Assembly: GCA_037387425.1 (NCBI GenBank) | Contig: JARRLC010000001.1 | Location: forward strand, 8,753 to 72,752 | DNA: 64,000 nucleotides | Origin: Alphaproteobacteria bacterium | Lineage (GTDB): Bacteria > Pseudomonadota > Alphaproteobacteria > Rhizobiales > Rhodomicrobiaceae | Direction: 5' to 3' | Shown: one piece after another, positions 29,556-41,005 of the stretch | Layout: the number at the start of each line of letters is the position of its first letter | Numbering within the stretch: the first letter of the stretch is position 1 | The notes under the pieces: model-generated | Told to the model about the DNA's origin: nothing | Databases searched by the model: none | Seen by the model: only the letters and a program-made list of their open reading frames with translations | Made by a program: the position numbers and the translations under genes

Positions 29556-31256
29556 TTAAGGAGATATGCGCGTAACCGCACCAGGTATCTGGGTTGGATC
29601 GACGCCAATTTCATCAATAAGCATCTTAGCGAATTCGTCGGTCTGGATCATCAGCGCTTCCGCCCAAAGCTTACGGCTCACAGCAACAAAGCGCTTCCCA
29701 ACAGATGATTTCACAAAATTTAGATAGCTCTCTAATTCTTCATTACTTATATTCCGGTATGCGTAGACATATGCAGCGTAAATATTCTGCTGAGCTTGTT
29801 GCAACATCTGTTTCTGCCTACGCAAATATTGCCTCTGCATGTCTTCAGGATTTACCGGCCTCTTTAGCGCAGTCATAACAGCGGCCGGGATAGCAACGTT
29901 CATAATGCGATTCATGGAAAGGGCGTCTTCAAGCGCACCGTTTGCCTCCATAATCTCGCGATATAAACCATCACGAAAAGGATCGACATTGTGGCGCTGT
30001 ATATATCTGCCAATTTTCCTAGGATTTCTTAGCATCAAACGCATCGTGCTTCTTTCAGCACTGAATAAACGCTTACCAAGTTCAGATGTGAAAAAGTTAA
30101 GAAGCTGCCGTTTTTGCCCTGGCCTCAGCTCTTCGTCCAAAGCATCGTCTATAATCGCAAGAACTTTCTCATGGCTATACGCAACCGGCGCAAGCCGTTT
30201 TACGTAACGCATGAGTTGTTTTCGTTGAGCACGTTGATCTCTGTTTGCTACTGGCGTAGCGTTAAACCCTGCAATGACCAACGCGGGAAAGCTTTTTGCA
30301 AACTCAACAGCGTTTGAATTTATAAGAAGTTCTTTGTTTTTTAAGTCTCTTACAGCTCTTCCAGAACCCCTGTGGTTTATTCTATCGTTTGAAGCTGTGC
30401 CGTTATCCGATATGCCCTCATACTTATTACCGGAGTTCTTACCACCTTTAACAGACCCGATAATCCTGTTCGCCAATTCATCGGTCTGGACCATCAATGC
30501 TTCGGTCAACAGCTTACGCTTAAGAGCAATATAGCGACTACCAACAGGGGACTGAAGGAAATTTAAATATTCTTCAAGTTCATTTATAGGAACATCTTTT
30601 AAAGCACGGACATAAATCACATATGTATATTGCTCAAAGGTAGACTTAAGCCGCCTTTCAGCGACCAAATACTGCCTCGCCATATCATCCATATTCGCAG
30701 GAACTTTCATCGCTTTCATGATAGCGCCTGGAATAGCAACATAGGTAACGCGCATCATGGAGAGCGCGTCATCAAGCAGCCCTCTGGCCTTGATTATGTC
30801 TTGGTATAATGTGACCCGATCGGCAGGGGGCGATATTTTCTGCTTGAGGTATTTTTGTACATTCTTAGACACCCTCCCCGTGGCGACATTAACTTTTTGT
30901 ACAATGCGCTTAGTGGAGCGGGACGAATAAAAAGAAATTAGCTGCTTTTTCTCATAATCTGTGAGCTCCTTAGAAAGCTCATCATCAACAATAGCCAGAA
31001 TTTTCTTGGAATCATACGCCTGAGGTATCAACTTCTGAAGAAGACGTAGGGCAGGACCAACGTCTTTCAACTTATTTTTCTTTGCGTAAGTATCAAATAC
31101 ACTAATCAGTGATTGAGATATATCTCTCGCAGTGCCCGCAACACCTGATTTTTTTAACAGAATTTCATTTTTTAATCTTTGCGCTTCCGCTCCTGTGGCG
31201 GCAGCAACAAGCATCATGCTGATGACTACCCCTAACACCAGCCTGAAAACTCGCAT
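29556..31256 (-). CDS. Periplasmic protein with two tandem DUF2059-like modules
   Basis: Signal peptide MRVFRLVLGVVISMMLVAAATGAEA. The two ~270-aa halves are clearly paralogous (e.g. YDSKKILAIVDDELSKELTDYEKKQLISFY vs YSHEKVLAIIDDALDEELRPGQKRQLLNFF, and FLQSPVGSRYIALKRKLLTEALMVQTDE vs FVKSSVGKRFVAVSRKLWAEALMIQTDE). Confidence 0.7.
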   Translation of the reverse strand: MRVFRLVLGVVISMMLVAAATGAEAQRLKNEILLKKSGVAGTARDISQSLISVFDTYAKKNKLKDVGPALRLLQKLIPQAYDSKKILAIVDDELSKELTDYEKKQLISFYSSRSTKRIVQKVNVATGRVSKNVQKYLKQKISPPADRVTLYQDIIKARGLLDDALSMMRVTYVAIPGAIMKAMKVPANMDDMARQYLVAERRLKSTFEQYTYVIYVRALKDVPINELEEYLNFLQSPVGSRYIALKRKLLTEALMVQTDELANRIIGSVKGGKNSGNKYEGISDNGTASNDRINHRGSGRAVRDLKNKELLINSNAVEFAKSFPALVIAGFNATPVANRDQRAQRKQLMRYVKRLAPVAYSHEKVLAIIDDALDEELRPGQKRQLLNFFTSELGKRLFSAERSTMRLMLRNPRKIGRYIQRHNVDPFRDGLYREIMEANGALEDALSMNRIMNVAIPAAVMTALKRPVNPEDMQRQYLRRQKQMLQQAQQNIYAAYVYAYRNISNEELESYLNFVKSSVGKRFVAVSRKLWAEALMIQTDEFAKMLIDEIGVDPTQIPGAVTRISP

Positions 31257-31569
31257 TCCGACCTCCTCGAAAAATGCATCACAAATTTGCGCCGCACACG
31301 AAGCGTGCAGAAAAATAATGCACGCCCGCCACCATATTTGCAGTGAAATATGGCCAGACCACAGTTTATTGCCGAATTATCGTCTTTGCACGACACATGT
31401 CCACCGATCCCGTTGCCATTTGCGTCGGGTCGCTAGTGCATTGATCCAAACGGATGGTTACACAGGAGTTTGGTGAATCGATGCATAAACAAAGAGCTGG
31501 CGCGCTGACATATGAATCTTTTGAATGCGTCAGCGCACTAGCATATTCGAGATGGCAGAATTTAAAGGC

Positions 31570-32247
31570 TCAGTCTTTAGTTTTCCCAGGAGCAGGCAAT
31601 TTGCGCGACGGATCGAGCCGCAAATCGAGATACTCATCCACGTTCACCATGAGATCGTCGATCCTGTCCTCAAAAAAATGATTGGCGCCCGGAACAGTGT
31701 GATGGCTAACAACGATGCCTTTTTGCGTCTTCAGTTTTTCAACAAGCGTTTTCACCGACTCAGGTGGAACCACGCGGTCTTCCTCGCCATTGATCATCAC
31801 CCCTGATGACGGACAAGGCGCCAGAAAACTAAAGTCGTAAAGATTGGCTGGTGGCGCTATCGAGACAAAACCGTCGATTTCCGGCCGGCGCATGAGAAGC
31901 TGCATCGCGATCCACGAACCGAACGACACACCTGCAATCCAGCACGACCGCGCATCCGGGTTATAGATTTGCAGCCAGTCAAGCGCAGTGGCGGCATCGG
32001 ACAATTCGCCAGGACCATTATCGAACAGCCCCTGACTCCGCCCTACCCCGCGAAAGTTGAATCGTAATACCGAGAAACCGCGCTTTACGAAGGAATAGTA
32101 GAGATTGTACACGATCTGATTATTCATAGTGCCGCCAAATTGCGGGTGCGGATGCAAAATCACCGCAATGGGCGCAAAACTCGTAGGTTCATGATGATAG
32201 CGGGCTTCGATGCGCCCAGCCGGGCCGTTTATGATGACTTCAGGCAT
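31570..32247 (-). CDS. Alpha/beta hydrolase (COG2945-like)
   Basis: Nucleophile elbow GVSFGSW. I place the start at MPEVIINGPAGRIEARYHH (cat at 32245-32247). Confidence 0.8.
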   Translation of the reverse strand: MPEVIINGPAGRIEARYHHEPTSFAPIAVILHPHPQFGGTMNNQIVYNLYYSFVKRGFSVLRFNFRGVGRSQGLFDNGPGELSDAATALDWLQIYNPDARSCWIAGVSFGSWIAMQLLMRRPEIDGFVSIAPPANLYDFSFLAPCPSSGVMINGEEDRVVPPESVKTLVEKLKTQKGIVVSHHTVPGANHFFEDRIDDLMVNVDEYLDLRLDPSRKLPAPGKTKD

Positions 32248-32517
32248 GATTTGAACTTTTCGATGAAGGGATGTTAACAGTTGCCACAAATGCGCTCATA
32301 CAGAAAGGGGTATTCGCTACTAGCCAATATCACAACTTGTCGCAAGAAAACTTGACTCCCATTGTCGGAATTTCTATATATCAAAGGTTACGACATTGTA
32401 TACTGCTTCTAAGCGAACACCGCGCATACACAATTAGGGAAGTCTCATAGCACAACTGCCCCAACGGTCCGCAAGCTGAAACCGCACGGGCATCCCTCAG
32501 GAAAGGCCGGAATTTAC

Positions 32518-33019
32518 ATGCAGCTTAGTACAAAAGGCCGTTATGCCGTGCTCGCAATGGTCGAACTGGCGCGTCACGATACAACAACATCCCTGCCACT
32601 GAGCGCGATTGCCGAGCGCCAGCAGATTTCCACCGCGTATCTCGAACAGCTTTTCATGAAATTGCGTCGTGGCGGTCTTGTAAAAGCTATCAGAGGCCCA
32701 AAAGGTGGATACCGGCTCGCTTTACAGCCTTCCGAAATTAGTATTGCTTCTATAATGGCGGCCACGGACGAAAACGTCCGCATGAACCGCTGCTCTCCCG
32801 AGCATATGGAGTGGTGCCTGGGGTCGCAACAATGCGCGGCGCATAATCTGTGGGAAGCCATGCAAAATCATATCGCAAATTTTCTGGAAGCCGTAACGCT
32901 GCAAAACGTACTCGATGATGACTTCTCATACGCGACCGAAGCAACCGCGTATTCCCCGCAAAATAACAGCACTAGCAGCACGCAACACGGAAAAGCCGCA
33001 CAGCCTGAGGAGAAAGTAA

Positions 33020-33030
<11 letters not shown>
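32518..33030 (+). CDS. Rrf2-family (IscR-like) Fe-S cluster-binding transcriptional regulator
   Basis: [18 protein letters not shown]..., wHTH, and Cys cluster [20 protein letters not shown]. Its stop overlaps the sufB GTG start. Confidence 0.88.
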
Positions 33031-34485
<1,455 letters not shown>

Positions 34486-34489
<4 letters not shown>

Positions 34490-34980
34490 CCTCTGCGGAA
34501 AAGCCAATCGTGAACATCGCCGATGTTTCGCTGTCGGAAGTCGGCAACGGTAATCAGTTCGTGGTCAATTGGGGCCGTGTCGGACGGACGCTTGGCCTCA
34601 AAAAGCTCGGTTGTGCGGTGCATGTCGTTCCTCCAGGAAAAAAGGCATTTCCCTTCCACCGCCACCACGTTCTTGACGAACTCTGCTACATAATCTCCGG
34701 CCAGGGTGAATATCGCTTCGGCGATCAAGTCTACCCGCTGAAACCGGGTGATTTTGTTGGCGCTCCCGCCGGAACAGAGGCGCATCAAATCATCAATACC
34801 GGCACGGAAGACCTTCACTATTTCTGCGTTTCAACTACAGGGGAAGCTGACGTTGTCGATTATCCGGATTCCGGCAAGATTGCTGTTGCCGCCGGCGTAA
34901 AAGACGGCAACATGAAAACCGCAACTTATACTGCGATCGGACGCATCCAACCTGTCCATTATCTTGATGGGGAAGAATAG
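34486..34980 (+). CDS. Cupin-domain protein embedded in the suf operon
   Basis: ATG 34486 overlaps the sufB stop (ATGA). Cupin motifs [20 protein letters not shown] and [17 protein letters not shown]. In the track it is the 3' part of the artefactual 33919..34980 ORF. Confidence 0.8.
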
Positions 34981-34989
34981 AAAAGCGAT

Positions 34990-35748
34990 ATGTCATCAGC
35001 ACTCGAAATCAAAAACCTTCACGCCGCCATCGGTGACAAGCCAATTCTGCGCGGGCTGGACCTGACCGTCCCCGCTGGCGAGATCCACGCCATTATGGGA
35101 CCAAACGGCACGGGCAAATCCACGCTCTCGTATATTCTCGCGGGCAAGGACGACTACAACATCACCGAGGGCTCCGTCACTTGGAACGGGCAAGACCTTC
35201 TCGCCATGGAGCCGGACGAACGCGCGCAGGCTGGCGTGTTCCTGGCGTTTCAGCACCCGGTTGAAATTCCCGGCGTGGCGTCGCTCACCTTTTTGCGCGC
35301 CGCGCTCAACGCCCAGCGCAAAGGCCGAGGCGAGGCGGAAATCTCCACGCCTGATTTCATGCGCCTGGTGAAGGAAAAAGCCGCCACACTCGGCATCTCC
35401 ATGGACATGCTGAAACGCCCGCTGAACGTCGGTTTTTCGGGGGGCGAGAAAAAGCGCCTGGAAACGCTGCAAATGACGATGTTCACACCGTCGCTCTGTC
35501 TGCTGGACGAAACCGACAGCGGCCTGGATATCGACGCTTTGCGCGTTGTGTCAGAAGGCGTGAACTCTCTGCGCGCGCCCGATCGCGCGTTTCTGGTCAT
35601 CACGCACTATCAGCGGCTGTTGAATTACATCGTGCCCGACAAGGTACATGTGATGGCGGGCGGACGCATCGTGCGTTCAGGCGGCAAAGAACTCGCGCTG
35701 GAGCTGGAAAAATCCGGTTACGCTGAATATGGCACGGATGCCGCGTGA
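34990..35748 (+). CDS. sufC: Fe-S cluster assembly ATPase SufC
   Basis: Walker A GPNGTGKST, signature FSGGEKKR, Walker B LCLLDETDSGLD. Confidence 0.96.
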   Translation: MSSALEIKNLHAAIGDKPILRGLDLTVPAGEIHAIMGPNGTGKSTLSYILAGKDDYNITEGSVTWNGQDLLAMEPDERAQAGVFLAFQHPVEIPGVASLTFLRAALNAQRKGRGEAEISTPDFMRLVKEKAATLGISMDMLKRPLNVGFSGGEKKRLETLQMTMFTPSLCLLDETDSGLDIDALRVVSEGVNSLRAPDRAFLVITHYQRLLNYIVPDKVHVMAGGRIVRSGGKELALELEKSGYAEYGTDAA

Positions 35749-37112
35749 GCGAGGATGGGGGGAATAGCAAAAACATGACCATCCAATTGCCAATTCGCGA
35801 AAACGCAACGCCCGCTGAAAAGCAGCTTGCCGCGCTATATTCGCAAAATGCGGAGTCGTTGCCGGGAGCGGATGTACCGGGCGTGCGCGCATGGCGCGAT
35901 GCAGGCATAACGGCTTTCGCGGAAGCGGGGCTGCCACACCGGCGCATTGAGGAATGGAAATACACCGATCTGCGCACTTTGCTTCCGCAGGCGGATGACA
36001 TCGCCAATGACATGCCGGAAGCGCCTGATTTTCTCGTGCGCGAAGAGCCGGACGTCTACCGTGCTGTGTTCATCGGCGGACGTTTCCGCGCTGACTATTC
36101 CACCGTACAAAATGCGCCAGGCGTGACATTCCGTTCTCTGCGTGAGGCGCTGAACGATGCCGCCACCGCCGCCGAGGCCCTCGCGCGGCTGCCACTGGCT
36201 GAATACAACGCCGAACATGATTCTGTGACGCAACTTGCCACGGCTTTCGCCACAGATGGCGCGATGCTAGCGGTTGCGCCGGGCATCAAGCTCGATAAGC
36301 CTCTGCATCTGGTGTTCATAGCGGCGGGCACAGCAGCGGAAATTCACGCTTGCCGCAGCGCTCTCAGCCTGGGCGAAGGCGCTGACGTTTCGCTGGTCGA
36401 AACGCACGCAGGCACAGGCGCCGCGCAGATGTTCACCACGCTAAACCTTAATATCGCAGGCAACGCAACGCTCCGGCACGCGCGCCTGGACGAAACGCCC
36501 GATGCGCGGCATTTATCGGCGGTCGTGGCGAACCTGGAAGCAGGCGCGGCATACGATCCGGTGCATATCGTGGCGGGCGGCGCACTAACGCGGGCGCAAA
36601 ACCACATCACGTTCAACGGCGAAGGCGCGCGCTACAACTTCAATGGCGCAATGCTGCTCAAGGGCCGCGAGCACGCCGATTTCACGCAAGTGGTGGATCA
36701 CACCGTGCCATCCTGCGAGAGTCGCGAAACTGTCAAATCCGTGCTGGATGGCGAGTCGCGCGGCATCTTCCAGGCAAAAGTGATCGTCCGGCCAGATGCG
36801 CAAAAGACTGATGGCCGTCAGCTCGCCAACGGCCTGCTTCTTTCTGAGACAGCCGAATTTGACGCAAAGCCAGAGCTAGAAATTTACGCAGATGATGTAA
36901 AATGCAACCACGGCGCAACATCTGGCGCGTTAGATGAGGATATGCTGTTCTACCTGCGCTCCCGAGGTATACCAACTGATGAAGCCAAATCGATGCTAAT
37001 CCTTGCGTTTGTCGGCGAAATCATCGACCAAATAGAGGATGAAGCCTTTCGCGAAATACTGATGGCGAAAGCACGAGATTGGCTGGCGAAGTCTGGCGCT
37101 GGTCATAGCTGA
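35745..37112 (+). CDS. sufD: Fe-S cluster assembly protein SufD
   Basis: SufBD-family C-terminal beta-helix region (ELEIYADDVKCNHGATSGALDEDMLFYLRSRGI). The start is GTG 35745 (overlapping the sufC stop) or ATG 35775. Confidence 0.9.
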   Translation: MSEDGGNSKNMTIQLPIRENATPAEKQLAALYSQNAESLPGADVPGVRAWRDAGITAFAEAGLPHRRIEEWKYTDLRTLLPQADDIANDMPEAPDFLVREEPDVYRAVFIGGRFRADYSTVQNAPGVTFRSLREALNDAATAAEALARLPLAEYNAEHDSVTQLATAFATDGAMLAVAPGIKLDKPLHLVFIAAGTAAEIHACRSALSLGEGADVSLVETHAGTGAAQMFTTLNLNIAGNATLRHARLDETPDARHLSAVVANLEAGAAYDPVHIVAGGALTRAQNHITFNGEGARYNFNGAMLLKGREHADFTQVVDHTVPSCESRETVKSVLDGESRGIFQAKVIVRPDAQKTDGRQLANGLLLSETAEFDAKPELEIYADDVKCNHGATSGALDEDMLFYLRSRGIPTDEAKSMLILAFVGEIIDQIEDEAFREILMAKARDWLAKSGAGHS

Positions 37113-37113
37113 G

Positions 37114-37464
37114 ATGAAGGATATTTCCGCAGTGCAAACCAAGCCCTGTCTTGAACTTTCGGTGAATGAAGTCGCCGACCTGATCGCGCGGCAGGGCGCG
37201 GTGTTGCTTGATGTGAATCCTCGTCCCCGCTGGGCAAGCGGACATCTGCCAGGCGCTAGCAACCTCAACCCTAACGAGTTCACCGCCGACGACCTCCCTT
37301 CGGACAAAGAAACGACGCTGGTGTTCTATTGCTCCGATACGAGCAGCAACGCGAGCCGCTATGCCGCGCAGAAAGCAACACGTTTCGGGTACGTTAACGT
37401 TTTCATCATGCCCGCCGGGATTCGCGGATGGCTGGCGGCGCACAAACCCGTGAAAGCCCGATAG
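37114..37464 (+). CDS. Single-domain rhodanese-like sulfurtransferase embedded in the suf operon
   Basis: 116 aa. The ATG lies 1 nt after the sufD stop. Rhodanese fold signature ...LLDVNPRPRWASGHLPGASNL... with candidate active-site Cys in LVFYCSDTSSNASR. Confidence 0.8.
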   Translation: MKDISAVQTKPCLELSVNEVADLIARQGAVLLDVNPRPRWASGHLPGASNLNPNEFTADDLPSDKETTLVFYCSDTSSNASRYAAQKATRFGYVNVFIMPAGIRGWLAAHKPVKAR

Positions 37465-37472
37465 GAGACGGA

Positions 37473-38759
37473 ATGTCCGCAGTAAACTCATCAGTTGCAG
37501 GAGACAACCGCACCAGCGAGGCAGCAAATACCGCTGCCGCTCCGTTCGATGTGGCGCACATCCGCGCTGACTTTCCCATTTTGGCACAGCCGGTCTACGG
37601 CAAGACGCTGGTCTATCTGGACAACGGCGCTTCGGCGCAAAAGCCGCGTGCGGTGCTGGATGCCATAGAGCGCGCCTATGCGCAGGAATACGCCAACGTC
37701 CACCGGGGCTTGCATTTCCTTTCCAACGCCGCCACCGACAATTTCGAGACTGCGCGGAAAACCGTTGCCCGCTTCCTGAACGCGCCGCGTGAGGAAGAAG
37801 TTATTTTCACCAAGAACGCGACCGAGGCTATCAACCTTGTGGCGCAATCCTTCGGCGGTATGGTGCTAGGCGAGGGCGATGAAATCGTGCTGTCCATTTT
37901 GGAGCACCATTCGAACATTGTGCCGTGGCATTTCCACCGCGAGCGGCGCGGCGCGGTCATCAAATGGGCGCCGCTTCGCGAAGATGACAGCTTTGATCTG
38001 GAGGCGTTCGAGCGCCTGCTAACTCCGCGTACCAAGATGATCGCCGTTACGCATATGTCGAACGTGACGGGCACGGTCACGCCGGTGAAGGAAATTTGCC
38101 GCATCGCACATGCGCGTGGCATTCCGGTGCTGGTCGATGGCAGCCAGGGGGCTGTGCATCTGCCGGTGGACGTGCAAGATTTGGGCTGCGATTTCTACGT
38201 TATCACCGGACACAAGCTATACGGACCTTCCGGCATCGGCGTGCTGTGGGGCAAATACGAGCATCTGGCCGCGATGCCCCCGTATCAAGGCGGCGGCGAG
38301 ATGATCGGCACTGTCACCGAGGATGGCGTCACCTATGCCGAACCACCGCACCGTTTCGAGGCGGGCACGCCGCCCATCGCCCAAGCCGCCGGACTAACCG
38401 CCGCACTCAATTACATGATGGACGTTGGCCGCGAAGCCATCGCCACGCATGAAGAAAGCCTTTGCGCCTACGCCCACGAACGCCTCGGCGCAATAAACTC
38501 GGTGCAGATTATCGGTAACGCGCCGGGCAAAGGGGCCATCGTCTCGTTCGCGCTGAAAGGCGCGCACGCACATGACGTCGCCACCATCCTTGACCGCTCC
38601 GGCATAGCCGTCCGTGCGGGAACGCATTGCGCCGAGCCGCTTCTCGCCCGCTACGGCTTAACATCAACCTGCCGCGCATCCTTCGCCATGTACAACACTC
38701 GCGAAGAAGTGGACGCGCTGGCCGACGCCTTACACAAGGCACAAAGTTTTTTCGCGTGA
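37473..38759 (+). CDS. sufS: Cysteine desulfurase SufS
   Basis: PLP-Lys region ITGHKLYGPSGIG and catalytic Cys RAGTHCAEP. I place the start at MSAVNS (ATG 37473, AGGAGA upstream). Confidence 0.95.
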   Translation: MSAVNSSVAGDNRTSEAANTAAAPFDVAHIRADFPILAQPVYGKTLVYLDNGASAQKPRAVLDAIERAYAQEYANVHRGLHFLSNAATDNFETARKTVARFLNAPREEEVIFTKNATEAINLVAQSFGGMVLGEGDEIVLSILEHHSNIVPWHFHRERRGAVIKWAPLREDDSFDLEAFERLLTPRTKMIAVTHMSNVTGTVTPVKEICRIAHARGIPVLVDGSQGAVHLPVDVQDLGCDFYVITGHKLYGPSGIGVLWGKYEHLAAMPPYQGGGEMIGTVTEDGVTYAEPPHRFEAGTPPIAQAAGLTAALNYMMDVGREAIATHEESLCAYAHERLGAINSVQIIGNAPGKGAIVSFALKGAHAHDVATILDRSGIAVRAGTHCAEPLLARYGLTSTCRASFAMYNTREEVDALADALHKAQSFFA

Positions 38760-38765
38760 GGTGCC

Positions 38766-39194
38766 ATGAAACACGACTTTATCAACTTTGACGAACAACC
38801 CGAACACGCCGTGCCAGAGCCCTGCACGCATACCATTGATGCCGTGAAAGCCGCTGCAAAATCGGAAACCAACCTTAGCCACGAAGAAATCGAGCGGCTG
38901 GCGGAAAGTATCATCGGCGCCTTAAAGACGGTGTACGACCCGGAAATTCCTACCGACATTTACGAGCTGGGGCTGATCTACAAAGTAGACATAGACGATG
39001 ACCGCAACGTGGAAATCGACATGACGCTCACCGCGCCGGGCTGTCCGGTGGCGGGCGAAATGCCAATCTGGGTGCAAAACGCGGTGGGGGCAATCGCCGG
39101 CGTCAACAATGTGAAGGTCAACCTTGTGTTCGATCCGCCGTGGACCATCGAACGTATGTCAGAAGAAGCACGGCTTGCACTGAATATGTTCTAA
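38766..39194 (+). CDS. sufT: SUF system Fe-S assembly protein (DUF59/SufT family)
   Basis: VYDPEIPTDIYELGLIY and TLTAPGCP motifs. Confidence 0.88.
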   Translation: MKHDFINFDEQPEHAVPEPCTHTIDAVKAAAKSETNLSHEEIERLAESIIGALKTVYDPEIPTDIYELGLIYKVDIDDDRNVEIDMTLTAPGCPVAGEMPIWVQNAVGAIAGVNNVKVNLVFDPPWTIERMSEEARLALNMF

Positions 39195-39226
39195 GCGCTC
39201 GTTTGTTAAGCAGGAATCGTTTCGCA

Positions 39227-39262
39227 GCGATGATTATCTGGTCGCGGCCAGATAAACATCGC
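39227..39262. terminator. Long hairpin between the convergent sufT and MTH1187-family genes (candidate bidirectional terminator)
   Basis: GCGATGATTATCTGG-tcgcgg-CCAGATAAACATCGC, a 15-bp stem with one mismatch. There is no strong T-tract on either side. Confidence 0.45.
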
Positions 39263-39274
39263 GCTACAGGTTCC

Positions 39275-39589
39275 TCACACATTTACGTCGCCGATCTTGT
39301 CCTGTATCGACTGAAGCTTGCCTTGTAGCCGGTTATCCTTGCCCTTGCGGATATCAAGTTTCAGAGATGAATAGACGCGGTTGCTCCCCGCCTGCTCCAG
39401 AGTATTGTAGGCCGCCTGCACCAAGTCCAACACCTGTTGCAAATCATCCGCCTCACCTATGGTGCCCATAGGCGTAAGCTGATAGCTCACGCCACTTTCA
39501 CGGATCACCTTTATCACTTGGCTTACATATTCACTGACGCTTTCCCCTTTATCGGTGGGGAACATAGAGAATTCTAATAGTACTGACAT
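39275..39589 (-). CDS. MTH1187/YkoF-family (DUF77) thiamine-binding protein
   Basis: MSVLLEFSMFPTDKGESVSEYVSQVIKVIRESGVSYQLTPMGT. 104 aa. Confidence 0.8.
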   Translation of the reverse strand: MSVLLEFSMFPTDKGESVSEYVSQVIKVIRESGVSYQLTPMGTIGEADDLQQVLDLVQAAYNTLEQAGSNRVYSSLKLDIRKGKDNRLQGKLQSIQDKIGDVNV

Positions 39590-39819
39590 GGGGATACCTC
39601 AGAGCGATCAAATAAAATGGTTATTGCAGGTTCGGGCGAGGTCTATAACATCTTATCTGGAATGGAAGCGCGTGCAACTTTTGGTCGTCCGTGTTTTTTG
39701 GGGCAGTTTTTGCTGTGCTCTATCCACCCTACAAGGCGTAGGATGGGGTGAACATCTGTGAAACCCATTGCGCTAAAAAACGTTTGCACAAAGCGGCTTT
39801 CTTAGGCAAACCCTAAGCC

Positions 39820-40971
39820 ATGGCACGAGCGCCGCGCACCACCGACACAAGCAACGAAGCCCCGCCCGAATCCGACCGGCTCGACGGCTGGCCGCATCCG
39901 CGCGAGACATTGGCGCTCGCCGGACACACCGAAGCGGAAGCCACTATCGCCGGCGCCATCACTTCGCACCGCTTGCATCACGCTTGGCTGATCGCTGGGG
40001 AAGAAGGCATCGGCAAAGCCACATTCGCCTATCGTGTGGCGCGGTTCCTGCTGGCGCAAGAAAGCGAAGACTTGCCGCAAGAGGTGCCATCGCTAGCGCT
40101 GCCGGAAGGCCATAAAACCGCGCGCCAAGTCACCAACCTCGCGCATCCTGGACTTTTGCTCATGCGCCGCGCGTGGGATGCATCGTCGAAAAAATTCAAG
40201 CAATCCATCGCTATCGATGACATCCGGCAGGTGCGGCATTTCTTGCAACGCACGGGCGTCACGCCCTGGCGCGTGGTCATTGTGGACGCCGCCGACGATC
40301 TGAACCAGAACTCGGCCAACGCGTTGTTGAAATCGCTGGAGGAACCGCCGCCGCGCACGATCTTTCTGCTGGTGGCGTCCGCGCCGGGCGGGCTGCTGCC
40401 CACGATTCGCTCACGCTGCCGGACGTTGCATCTCTCTCCGCTTAGCGCGGAAGCGGTCACGCAAGCCATAGCGCAAGCCTGCCGCGTAGCAGGCCGCGAT
40501 CTGCCGCCAGAAACTCAGCTCTCCACGCTTCTTGCCATGGCGAACGGCAGTCCACGCCGCGTCTTGCGGCTGATGGATGGCGGCGGCTTGAAGCTGTTCG
40601 AGCTTCTGCTGGCTATCCTGGAGAGCATGCCTCACACCGACTGGACCGCTGTCCACAAACTCATCTCGCTAACCGGTCCACGCGCCGGCGAAGCGCACGC
40701 CATGGCCTTCGACCTGCTGGAGGAAGCGCTAGCCGACGCCATGCATGGCCGTCTCACCGGCAATGGCAGACATGCCACCTTTCCGCAACTAAAACGCTTT
40801 GCGCGCCTCATTACCGCAGAGAGTCTTGCGGATTGGAGCGAGCTGTGGGAAACAATCCGCCAGATGCGCGGCGAAGCGGAACGGCTGAACCTCGATAAAG
40901 CAGCGCTTACACTAACTGTGTTTGATCGCATCGGGCAGACAGCGCAAAAAGCCGCCAGCGCGCGCGTTTAA
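39820..40971 (+). CDS. holB: DNA polymerase III subunit delta'
   Basis: [17 protein letters not shown] and LKSLEEPP. Upstream of metG as in many bacteria. Confidence 0.88.
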   Translation: MARAPRTTDTSNEAPPESDRLDGWPHPRETLALAGHTEAEATIAGAITSHRLHHAWLIAGEEGIGKATFAYRVARFLLAQESEDLPQEVPSLALPEGHKTARQVTNLAHPGLLLMRRAWDASSKKFKQSIAIDDIRQVRHFLQRTGVTPWRVVIVDAADDLNQNSANALLKSLEEPPPRTIFLLVASAPGGLLPTIRSRCRTLHLSPLSAEAVTQAIAQACRVAGRDLPPETQLSTLLAMANGSPRRVLRLMDGGGLKLFELLLAILESMPHTDWTAVHKLISLTGPRAGEAHAMAFDLLEEALADAMHGRLTGNGRHATFPQLKRFARLITAESLADWSELWETIRQMRGEAERLNLDKAALTLTVFDRIGQTAQKAASARV

Positions 40972-41005
40972 TTTTTTCGCAATCATAAAAGCAGGATTTC
41001 CAACC

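Noticed and set aside
32354-32366. GAC-N7-GTC dyad (CTTGACTCCCATTGTCGG) upstream of the Rrf2-suf operon, considered as an IscR/Iron-Rhodo-box-type operator.
   Set aside because: Only 3+3 bp are complementary, and I cannot recall the exact consensus well enough to score it. It is left as unsupported.
39590-39819. A possible TPP riboswitch upstream of the MTH1187/YkoF-type thiamine-binding gene (minus strand).
   Set aside because: I read the reverse complement and did not find the conserved CUGAGA and ACCUGAUCUGGAUAAUGCCAGCG cores. Only short unrelated hairpins are present (e.g. CTTAGG-caaac-CCTAAG at 39801-39817).
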